DNA of 62,561 bases, filler included, from Nemertoderma westbladi (Eukaryota > Animalia > Xenacoelomorpha): NCBI GenBank assembly GCA_032718475.1. It is 3 parts of 3 records of this genome, joined end to end, with 100 filler letters (N's around TTAATTAATTAA, not from the genome) between each part and the next. Parts side by side here need not be neighbours in the genome. Positions count along the whole stretch, not along the records: positions 28,515 to 54,586 come from JAUCBJ010002689.1; positions 54,687 to 62,561 come from JAUCBJ010003517.1; 1 more part is not named here. One strand, given 5' to 3'. Shown here piece after piece: positions 51,998 through 62,561 of this stretch. The notes under the pieces are model-generated. The model was not told where the DNA came from. It did not search any database and worked only from the letters and a program-made list of their open reading frames with translations. Both the position numbers and the translations under genes were made by a program. Position 1 is the stretch's first letter, and each line of letters starts with the position of its first letter.

Positions 51998-53443
51998 TGT
52001 GTACCTGGGGGCTCCCATAACACAGGACGGTAAGTTGGAAACCGTGTATAATATTCATTTGACCGAAAAATCTAAGCAAATAACCAAATTCTATGGTTTC
52101 CTTGATAAACACAACTTTATGCCAGTATGGTTGAAATTATATGTATTTAGAGCCGCAATAATTTCCAGTTTGTTTTACAGCTGCGAAACCTGGCTTGGGA
52201 GTCAGCCTATTGAGATATACTCAAAATATTGCAAGATGTTGTGCAGTACAATAGGGGTTCGTCCAAACACAGTGCGTGAAACACTATTCACTGAAACTGG
52301 CGAACCAAATCCGAAATCTCTAGTCGAGCACAAACAGCGAAAATTCCTGATAGGAATTCTAGCTAAACCAGATTTACATGAACCTCTAATTATGGTGCTT
52401 GATATGTGCAGGCAGTCCGGGACTAGAATGGCCAAGACGATAGACAAGATCGTTGCAGACGACCGGAATCCTTTGCAAGCCGGGCGTACGACTATAAAAA
52501 CCACAATCGCAAGCGCAACTTCCACGCGAATGTCAATATATCGTGAGGTGAACCCGAACCTAGACAAACCGTCAGTCTACAGCTCAGGGTCCATTGTAGA
52601 TGAGAAATTGAGAATCAGCTGGTCCCGCTTTCGCTTGACGTCTACAAACCTGGCCGTAGAGCGTGGACGATGGAGCCGTACCGACCGAAACTCGCGAATT
52701 TGTGCTTGCGGGGATACCCAGACCGAGCTACACATTCTGAAAGATTGTCCTCTTCTAAAGAACGATCGGGATTCCCTTCACCCATTCCGCATAACGTCTC
52801 TCAATGACTTGCAAAACCCTCACACAATAGGCTTAGTACACCGCGCACTATGTGTGCTCGAAGGCCATATTGGCTAATAAGCCAATAAGGTTCTCATATT
52901 TATTTATTTAGTTGTATCCATGTATATTTAGTTATTTAATTATTTATTCTAATCAATGTATCGTACTGTAATGTCTGTTTAACGTTAATTATTGAACCAT
53001 TCGGTAGTGAATTGCAAATTGTTCAGTGGCTCGCCGAACTTCGTGGCCCGCCCAACATTGCTTTGCTCATTGTTTTTGAAACGATTAATATTACTGTAAC
53101 GCTCTGTTTGTATATATTTCATACCTATCTGTAAATTTCGCGTATATAGTGTAGTACATGTAGACAATCTATTTAAAATCTTGATATCCATTTGAAATTG
53201 TATATATTTATATTTATATCTATATATGTCAGAAAGTTATTTATTCTAATTTGGCTGTACTATTAGTATTCTAATACTACAATGTATTGTATGTATGTTA
53301 ATTTAAGATAGATCAATGCGGTGGACAGTGTATATATTAACCAGACAATGTAACGGTACCTTCATATATTTTGTGTTCTTGCGGTGCGTCTTTATATGTT
53401 GTTACATATACAATGTCAATAAATATCTAATCTAATCTAATCT
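51998..53443 (+). mobile_element. 5'-truncated LINE (post-RT C-terminus with Cys/His finger, RTEX-like) plus 3' UTR
   Basis: 292-aa ORF with YLG, LFYSCETW and RFRL....LAVERGRW...RICACG..QTELHIL..CP. AATAAA followed by an (ATCTA)n tail at 53418-53443. Confidence 0.85.
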
Positions 53444-53744
53444 AGGTCAGTAGGCCCAACTGCCAGAACCGGTACTTCTGTAGGTCTGTAGGCCCAACTG
53501 TCCTAACCGGTACTTCCAGTATAAGTACATTAGTATTATTTCGATTGTGATCTATTGTATATTGTAGGCTGCCAGGGGAATAGGGATTGATCACCCCTCA
53601 TTCTTTTGTATAGTTTACTTATTTCTGTCAGTTTTATTTCCTAGTAAGTTAATATTGAGCTGAAGACGTGTAAGTCTGCTCAGATTGTTCAGATAATTGT
53701 AGGCCGGACTGTTGTCGGATTGTTGTTGGGTTTGGAGAGATTAC

Positions 53745-54270
53745 TGCGTGTGTAGAGTTTGTCCGATAGAGTGCCAGTTAGTAAGTTGGGGCAGCCATAG
53801 CTGTAAGGTCAATCCCCTCTTAAAGAATAAGTCGTACTACCGTGTTAGAACGCATACTAACTAACCATTTTGGAATCTGCACATACTGTAGTTTATTTAG
53901 GCTTGACAGTATTCTGCCAGCGTTTTGGCCTGTGTTTGTTTGTGTGGTCTGTTCAGGTACCGTAATAGTTATTACTCAGATATTTTGTAGGCTGGATTGT
54001 TGTCTAGCTATTATTAGGTCTGAAGAGATTGCTGCTTGTGTAGAGTTTGTCTGATAAAGTGCCAGTTAGTAAGTTGGGGCAGCCATAGCTGTAAGGTCAA
54101 TCCCCTCTTAAAGAATAAGTCGTACTACCGTGTTAGAACGCATACTAACTAACCATTTTGGAATCTGCACATACAGTAGTTTATTTAGGCTTGGTGGTAG
54201 TCTGCCAGCGTTTTGGTTTGTATTTGTTTGAGTATTCTGTACGGGTAGCGTAATATTTATTATTCAGAGT
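53745..54270. repeat. 288-bp tandem duplication
   Basis: GTGCCAGTTAGTAAGTTGGGGCAGCC at 53771 and 54059. Confidence 0.9.
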
Positions 54271-54586
54271 TTATGCGATTATTCGCAACATTTATGTCCC
54301 CAAGTTTATTCCCACAGTAATTGTGTTTGTTACCCATACCGTTATAGTTAAATTAACCCCAGTACTACACGGGCTGCTTGGCGTAGGAAAAGACTGGTGA
54401 CTTTGTGCTTCGGTCACTCCAGCAGATGCCGTGGTTCTTTTAACTGTTCAAGTATATTTAACTACTGATTATTTGTTGTACCAGTACTTGTACCTAATTT
54501 AGGGTTTAGTGTACAGTGCTTTCCGAAGTAATTAGTGTGTAGGCAGTATATTTGTGTTGTAAAGTGGTTAATAGGCACGCTGGATC

Positions 54587-54686
54587 NNNNNNNNNNNNNN
54601 NNNNNNNNNNNNNNNNNNNNNNNNNNNNNNTTAATTAATTAANNNNNNNNNNNNNNNNNNNNNNNNNNNNNNNNNNNNNNNNNNNN
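54587..54686. other. Assembly linker (N44-TTAATTAATTAA-N44)
   Basis: Same structure as 28415-28514. Confidence 0.98.
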
Positions 54687-56127
54687 ATTAAAAATATGAT
54701 AATTAATTAATTAAATTAATTAATTAAAATAAAATTGGCTAATTAAAATTCTATAAGATAACTTTTGTAGAGTCGATCACGCTGAGTCCAAAAAAGTTGG
54801 TCTCAAGAAATTTGGACCATATAAATTTTCAAATTTTACAATAAAGCTATTTGGCCTTCCATACAGTGGTTGACCATGAAGTCCAAGACTAATATCAATA
54901 TTTTCATTTAACACTAATTGACAGCCATTTTAAAAAAGGTTCATGGGGGGTACTGTATAACCCCCCCCCCCCCCCCTTAATTAAATAGATTAAGTGACTT
55001 TGCTTTTGAAATGGTAATTTAAAATGTGCCCTCTGAGGCACGAAATAAAAAAAGTAGTGCAAATGTGATAATGAATAATCACCACAAAATCAAATTGAAT
55101 TTATGATCATATGGGTTTTTTGGGATGCCAATCACGAATATGACATTGAAATATATCGTACATTGTTGATTATGGCAAATTTGGAAATCTGTCAGTGTGC
55201 GGCACGAAAAAAAGAAAGTAGCGCAAATTTCATATTAAAAATTATCACCAAATCAACCTGATTTTTAGACATTAGGGGCTTTATGACACTCAAAAATATC
55301 GTATTATCCAACCAAAATTCATATTTGACGTTTGAAATTGTTTGCAACTTATTGTACTTTTGTCTAGGGGACCAAAATAGCACCACAAATGATGGTTGCA
55401 TTGCCGGAATATATTTTTAACAAGTTATATCGTGATCAGCGACCTCGAAAACCCTTATACCATCGAAATTGCAATTTTTGAGCCAAGATCTAAAAAATGT
55501 CTAGAATGACCCCCTAACTGGGCCAATTAAGTTGTAAAATGACCCGGGCCAGATAGAGTTACTGGATAGCCTTGGATTGCGTCGATATAATCAACCTTTG
55601 TTGAGAATGTCTTTGAACAATGCACTTCAAGTTGGCGAGTCATAAACTCCAACTGACTCTGGTGTTTCGATTTCCCAGAGTCGACGACCTTTCAAATAAG
55701 TTTGTTATAGCGTACCCTATAGGCCTAGCGCTTCGGGGATCTGTGTCTCTTTTCACCGTTGCCACAACTTCTCTCAATTAATTGCGACCAATGGACGGTT
55801 GGTTATTTGGTCCCAGGCAGTGACGCAACGACAGACGATCTGCAGTCCATGGCAGATTATGCACCCAGGAGTAGAGCCTAGCATCAAGTTCCACGAACCC
55901 AGCAACCAAGTCCAGAAGTCCTTCGAGTCCAATGAGCTGTCGTGTCGTTCTTCAACAGACAGAGTTTGGCGTGGCATCGAAGGTATACAGGTTGCTGGTA
56001 CTCCGGGAAATTAATTTGGTGTAACAATTGGTTGCAATGATCCAACTGGGAACCTTGCTTTGGACAGATGAAATGTACATTAAGTCGTTGGCGGTATGCC
56101 TCTACTTTCTGCCTACAGTCAGTACAT

Positions 56128-56858
56128 TAGGGTGGTGCGTTTTTTATTTTTTTTTTCGATTTCATTTTTCTACCAGTGCACAAAAGTTGCCAAATGGTAT
56201 AAAATTAAGGCAAAAAAAATTTCTTTAAATCTCATCGATATCTTGACGGATCCCAAGGGGGTTGAAATTTTAAGCCTTCGCGATGCACCACAATGAAATT
56301 TATAACAATATAACACATTAATGAAAGATCAATGATGCAAGAAAGAACTTCCTTCATGCATCAAATGTCATCAAATGGGTCCAAACTTAGTTAGATACCA
56401 AAATTTTAAATTTCGGATCAAGGTAACGAACTAGTGCCACAGGCACAGTGGCCAGAACCTACCCTTTGGCGCACGTGACGATTATTCTCAATATTTGCGA
56501 TGGCCAACTTTTAGTACTCCTACTGCTTTAATAGTATGCTCATTAGAACCACAATGACTGATTTAGTGGTGGTAGAACCTTCAAAACAAACGTAGAGCGA
56601 ATAGTTCTTGAGATATCGCAGAAAATCTGTGGAAAGTCCGGCACAAGTCTACATTACCGCCTTGAAGCGATATGGGCAAATACACTAACAATGATAGATA
56701 GGCCTACTCTTATTTTGAAGGTGTCTGTCTACAAGGGATCCGTGAAGATATAGACAATATTTATAGAAACTTTTTTTCCTTGATTTTTTACCATTTGGCA
56801 ACTTTTGTGCACCGGTAGAACAATGAAAACTAAAAAAAGTAAAAAATGCACCACCCTA
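56128..56858. mobile_element. hAT-type non-autonomous element (731 bp)
   Basis: ~100-bp imperfect TIRs starting TAGGGTGGTGC, and a perfect 8-bp TSD CAGTACAT (56120-56127, 56859-56866). Confidence 0.92.
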
Positions 56859-57169
56859 CAGTACATACTGCTGTACTGACATTCACTGACTGACTGAGTG
56901 TATCATGTGTTGTGAACTGAGTGGATGTAAGATGTTGGAGGACCCAGGGCCGTATTTAGGGGGGGGGGGGGGGGGGGGGGAGGTCCCACGATCCCACATC
57001 TATAGGGATCAAACATGGCAATTTTCAATTTTGTCACTTATTTTTCCCAAAATATATGAAAAACAAAAAGATAGTGTGAAAAACAGTAAATATTTTTATT
57101 CTTAATTTGTTATTTTTCCACTCGAATTTAGACCAAAATCGGGAGAAGAATATGATTGTATTTTTACAT

Positions 57170-58302
57170 AATTATTAGTTCTATACTATTCTATCTATAT
57201 CTATTAGTTCTAAACTATTCTATCTATATCTATAAGTTCTATACTATTCTATCTATATCTATTAGTTCTATACTATTCTATCTACTGTATATCTATAAGT
57301 TCTATACTATTCTATCTATATCTATTAGTTCTATACTATTCTATATATATCTATTAGTTCTATACTATTCTATCTATATCTATTAGTTCTATACTATTCT
57401 ATCTATATCTATAAGTTCTATACTATTCTATCTATATCTATTAGTTCTATACTATTCTATATATATCTATTAGTTCTATACTATTCTATCTATATCTATT
57501 AGTTCTATACTATTCTATCTATATCTATAAGTTCTATACTATTCTATCTATATCTATTAGTTCTATACTATTCTATATATATCTATTAGTTCTATACTAT
57601 TCTATCTATATCGATTAGTTCTATACTATTCTATCTATATCTATTAGTTCTATACTATTCTATCTATATCGATTAGTTCTATACTATTCTATCTATATCT
57701 ATTAGTTCTATACTATTCTATATATATCTATTAGTTCTATACTATTCTATCTATATCTATTAGTTCTATACTATTCTATCTATATCTATTAGTTCTATAC
57801 TATTCTATCTATATCTATTAGTTCTATACTATTCTATATATATCTATTAGTTCTATACTATTCTATCTATATCTATTAGTTCAATACTATTCTATATATA
57901 CTGTATCTATTAGTTCTATACTATTCTATTTATATCTATTAGTTCTATACTATTCTATCTATATCTATTAGTTCTATACTATTCTATATATATCTATTAG
58001 TTCTATACTATTCTATTTATATCTATTAGTTCTATACTATTCTATCTATATCGATTAGTTCTATACTATTCTATATATATCTATTAGTTCTATACTATTC
58101 TATTTATATCTATTAGTTCTATACTATTCTATCTATATCGATTAGTTCTAAACTATTCTATCTATATCTATTAGTTCTATACTATTCTATATATATCTAT
58201 TAGTTCTATACTATTCTATCTATATCTATTAGTTCTATACTATTCTATCTATATCTATTAGTTCTATACTATTCTATCTATACTATTAGTTCTATACTAT
58301 TT
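57170..58302. repeat. 29-bp AT-rich minisatellite (TATTAGTTCTATACTATTCTATCTATATC)
   Basis: About 38 tandem copies. Confidence 0.97.
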
Positions 58303-58534
58303 CTCGTTGTCTCTTTTATTTGAAATAAAAAGTAGGTTCCTTATCGGGCCGCTAGGCTCGTCACTAGTTTAACATTAATTAAGGCAGCATCATGAGTTGC
58401 CTAGTATGTACAGTAATTTGAATTTCAGTAACTATGGAAGCAATATAGTAAAATAGTATAGTTCAATTTATTTTGTACCACTATATCGCTGTACGTTTTA
58501 TTAAAAAAAGTAGCAACAAAAAAGTACCAATTTA

Positions 58535-58690
58535 AGAATAAATTACGTATTACATTGGAAAAAAACGTAGAATATTTTTTTTCAATATTCTCTCGACCCT
58601 TTATTAACCTCGCTGACGCTCTGTAAATAAAATGCCTCGAGAATAGTGAAAAAAAGTTCTACTTTTTTTCCCATGTAATAAATAATTATT
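58535..58690. mobile_element. Palindromic MITE-like element
   Basis: TATTACATTGGAAAAAAACGTAGAA...TATTCTC pairs with GAGAATA...TTCTACTTTTTTTCCCATGTAATA. Confidence 0.72.
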
Positions 58691-59193
58691 GTAGCTTATG
58701 ACTGTATGAATTTATTTTTTTTCACTTTCAATTCGGGTATTTTTTGTTCAGATGTTTTTATACTGATATAAACAGGAACATGCTTCAAATTTCTAATTTC
58801 CACATTAAGGATGTGAGTTTTCCTGAAATATGTTTTTCAAGGAAATTTCCGGAAAAGTATATTTCATCCGTAGTTACGACCACAAGAGCCAAGACAACGA
58901 ACCACCTAAACACATATAAGCAGGAATCCCTTGTTTCTAGTGTTTACTCTACTTGTGTTTTACTATATGTTTTCAGGATGTGCTAAATAAAATAATTATG
59001 GTACACCATGACCCATAATAGAATAGTGTCATTTTCTGATGACACGGACCCCTTTTTCAACAAATCTTTATCATTAAAGATAAAGTTAAAGCTTAGTTCT
59101 TAGAACTTAGTTCTTAGTCGCTTATTTGACTGATCATTGACTGGTGATGGTGATTCTGAAATTTATGAAATTTCAATCACATAATTCAATTTC

Positions 59194-59748
59194 CCGTGCA
59201 ATGTAAAAATACCACAAGTCAAAAAAGTGATTTCGAGTAAAACTCAAAATTACTGTTTTCCTTCAGATTGTTGGTCAAAAATCTCAGTAAATTACTAATT
59301 TTTTATAATCCTACGCAATTGGGGGTGGGTAATTTTACTACCTGATTATTTTTCACTTTCCATTAATATTTTGAATTCAGGGTAATTTTTTGAACTTACG
59401 GTGTTTTGCATTACAACCTGTATGTAAATATACATTTCAAGACACTTATTTCAAAAAAACCGTTCTTTTGCATAAATTTAAGTGACTTACGGTCTTTTTC
59501 CTTTGTAACACTATACATATGTAATATTATGGATTTGTTCAGAAATGGAAAAAATGAGAAAGGGGGTTGCCGGGGGTTGAATTTAATTATTTAAAATAAC
59601 TATACATACATTATGTTGTGACTTACGGCCTTTTTACAATAAACATCTCGAGAACTACTGTAGATTAGATACGGTCTTCTCGATAATATAGACCCAGAAA
59701 AAGTGAACTTTGGAAAAATGCGACTTACGGTCTTTTTACATTGCACGG
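59194..59748. mobile_element. MITE with 27-bp TIRs and repeated GACTTACGG motifs
   Basis: CCGTGCAATGTAAAAATACCACAAGTC / GACTTACGGTCTTTTTACATTGCACGG; internal ACTTACGG at ~59394, ~59485 and ~59621. Confidence 0.75.
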
Positions 59749-59800
59749 CAGCAATATGCACTCATATAAAAAATAGTTACAGTAGATTCGATTCGCTACG

Positions 59801-60590
59801 TTAATTAGGATTTCGTTCTAAACATTCGTTATTAAAGAATATGGATACTGTAAAGGGATCATTATTCAGTGGCTTATGTCTCTGCCCAGTTAGCCAACCA
59901 AGTAAACCCGGGGGAGTAAGATCAGCAGTAACCGTCTGCAAATTATCATCATCGCCCATAATAACTTCGCTATAGGGATCATTAAACTTTTTGTCTTCTA
60001 GGTTAAGCACAAAATTCTGGAAGTTGTCCATAATTGATTCCTCATCACGCTTACGTCACGAAATATCAGAGTAATTTGGTTCCACTATCGAAAGAATAAT
60101 ATAATTAGCGTCAATATCAGTGTAGCTTCCTTCATGAGGTATTACAAACAAGCATCTACATAACTCTATGTTTATTTGAATAATAGATTTGAATCCGTAT
60201 AAATCTAAACCTTTGACAAATTCTACTAAGTACAGGCGCCTCCTCGATAATAAATAAACTTATGGATATTGTATCCTTTATCGCTACCAAGTTGGCTTGG
60301 TTAATTACCCCAGTATACCTATGCTCTCTCACCAAATCGCTACAATCATCAGGAAAATCTTGAATGTTTTTAAGAAGATCATTATCGATAGGGGATAAAA
60401 ATTTGACTCTATCAAATGACTTTATGTTACAGTTGGCACTATCGAGTAGGTCATAACAAGAACCATACAGAAACTTGGGTGCAGGGCCACCTTGAACTAA
60501 ACTCGTTGCAACAATCTCACCAGCAGCTTCAAAGTTTCCATTCTGCACATTTAGTGTAAGCGGATTCAATTCCGCCGCATTATGCTCATA
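59801..60590 (-). pseudogene. Intronless, frameshifted HECT-like (G2E3-type) E3 ligase relic
   Basis: NFEAAGEIVATSLVQGGPAPKFL matches the G2E3-like HECT N-lobe pattern, and LLGWLTG...PL...F the C-lobe. Truncated at both ends by other elements. Confidence 0.6.
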
Positions 60591-60703
60591 AAATGGGAAG
60601 TGGCATTTTCAGCAATATATTGGAGATACGAGATTAGCAGTAACTAATCTCGTATCGCAACAATATCAGGGACAGTACAACCCCAAAGCCACACACAAAG
60701 GGA

Positions 60704-62387
60704 TGTTAGAGGTCAAACCACCTCGGAAGGGGAAACAGCCAGCAGGGGCCAACAGGGGGGGGGGGGGGGGGGGAAACACTCCCAGAGAGTGGAGAGGCGT
60801 GAAGTAGGTTATTAGCCAATAGGTGCGAGGGAGAGCATCCACTAGGTGAAAGGCCACAGTAGTATAGAAGTAATTATACATATATTATGCCGTTACCGGT
60901 TTGGTTATTCAGTTACGCAGTTATTGGTTTTTAGTGCAGACCGGTGACCTTCCTCACCGTCACCATATATCCACACATACCGGTATCCATCAGAACTGTC
61001 ATTATCCAAACTTTATTGTGCTATTATTATTACTGCATTAACATTCAGGGTATCAAGAGACAACAACAAACTCTTATTCTTATTATCTCACTACAACAGT
61101 GATGCGTAGTTTATTTATCCGGACGGGATCCCTTGATCCCGTCACAGTGAGGAATTCCCAACTGAACTAAACTGTGACTGCCAGACGCCAGAGTGAAGAT
61201 GAGCGCAGGAGAACCCCGAGATTCAGAGGGAGAGAGAACACCGCCGCGGACCCTGTACGATACCAACCAAACGATCCGTGAGGCCGCGACGCGACGCGAC
61301 GGTATCGGCCAGCGACGCCGGATTTGCTGACGAGGGACGATCCAGTAGCCCAAGTGGAGGGTGGCCGTCTACCACGAGGAAGGAACGAGTCGACGCACAT
61401 CGGCGGTCGGAGTACCAAAGTCGCTGGCCAGCCACAGGCCGAGGGCGATGGACAGCCCACAGGAATGGCAACGGTGGGGCTGCCAGTACGACGCCGTACC
61501 AGGAGAGGAGGAGGAGATGTCGGCGAAGAGGACGTCGGGACCAGCGATCGGCTTCGACGGGCCTACAACGCCACCAAGAAACTGATAATGGAGGCCAAAG
61601 ACGGAGAGAAGGTAAACCAGGAAAAGTTGAGCCAGTGGTTAGGTGAGTTGATTAAAGATTTTCGGTATCTAGTTCGTTTTGGGCAGGGAGAACTGGCGAG
61701 TGAGAGAGCGAGGGGGGTCGCCACCAAACTATTTGAACTGTGGCGGTCCGGGGTTATGGAGCCTGAAATAGTGTACATAGGGCCGTATTTAGTGGATGCC
61801 AGGGGAATTAAGCTAGTGGGTTGGACAGATCCGCACGAGGGCGAACCCGAGGTTAACCCCGAGGATTCGGTCTTGTCGGTTAGCAAGAATCCCAGAAAGC
61901 AGGGGAAAGTTAGTAGGACAGAGAGAGACAATGGGAGTCCGTCGCGACCGATAAGTCCGCTACATCCTCTGCGAAAGCAAGAAGGGTGTTAGAGATAGAT
62001 CTGGCGTGTCAATTAGACATTGCGGCGCGAGACCAGAAAGAATTAGAGAGGCAGTTGGATGAGGGAACTGCGTTGTTAGAGAAAGAGAGGGAGCTGGCGA
62101 AGAGAGTGTAGAGAGAGGAGCCGAGAGGGGTGGCGAGGAACTCTAGGGAGCAGTGAGGAGAGAGAGATGAGCGAGGCGTAAAGAGCGCGAGGTGCGGGAG
62201 GCGAGAGTAGAGAACGAGCGTAAAGAACGAAAGACGAGAGTAGAGAACGAGCGTAGAGAGCGAGAGACGAGAGTAGAGAACGAGCGCGAAGGAGCGTGAG
62301 GCGAGAGAGGTAGCGAGGGCAAAGAGATAAGCGACGAGCGTAGGGAGTGGGAGGCGAGAGAGACAGAGTTAGCGAACCAGAGTTTAC

Positions 62388-62421
<34 letters not shown>

Positions 62422-62561
62422 CGGGAAAGCGTATGCGGGGATGATATGCATGCCCGGCTAAGGGGGCTTATGCAGTATCAGGCCAAGCAGAAGCGCCGAC
62501 TAGAACTGGCGCAGTTGGGATTATCTGAGAGCGAGGCTGGCTCGGGTAGTATTTACGAGGA
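60704..62561 (+). mobile_element. Probable 5' end of an LTR retrotransposon (BEL/Pao-like gag), degenerate, runs off the window
   Basis: Abrupt GC rise and a ~450-bp non-coding leader (TG... to ...ACA at 61098 or 61146). Then frameshifted ORFs with PEDSVLSVS followed by a long E/R coiled coil (..RRLELAQLG). No clear PBS or pol in the window. Confidence 0.5.

Noticed and set aside
55520-56110. Coding-like GC-richer segment, possibly a transposase relic
   Set aside because: No diagnostic motif could be recognised in any frame.

Overview
AT-rich animal genomic DNA, probably from a marine invertebrate (inferred from spliceosomal introns and RTE/L2/Proto2-type LINEs). It consists of three contigs joined by two artificial 100-bp linkers (N44-TTAATTAATTAA-N44). 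The one clearly intact gene is a six-exon, 390-aa T-box transcription factor on the minus strand (46573->32444), most like the Tbx6/16/Dorsocross subfamily, with a C-terminal eh1-like motif. Three of its introns hold different minisatellites. One of these is an amplified copy of the gene's own exon-5/intron-5 junction and carries about 15 T-box half-sites (AGGTGTCA). Contig 1 contains a ~10-11 kb tandem segmental duplication (5134-14785 and 17230-28292). Each copy has a differently disrupted, intronless gene for an unrecognised protein: helical N-terminus, homeodomain-like helices, a Q/P-rich region and four cold-shock/OB-like repeats. The rest is a dense transposon landscape: LINE relics, tRNA-derived SINEs, hAT and TA-target MITEs, short palindromic elements, THAP and HECT relics, a probable BEL/Pao LTR element, and many apparent excision footprints. 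An isolated PDZ exon lies near the left end. All family assignments are by eye; no database searches were run.
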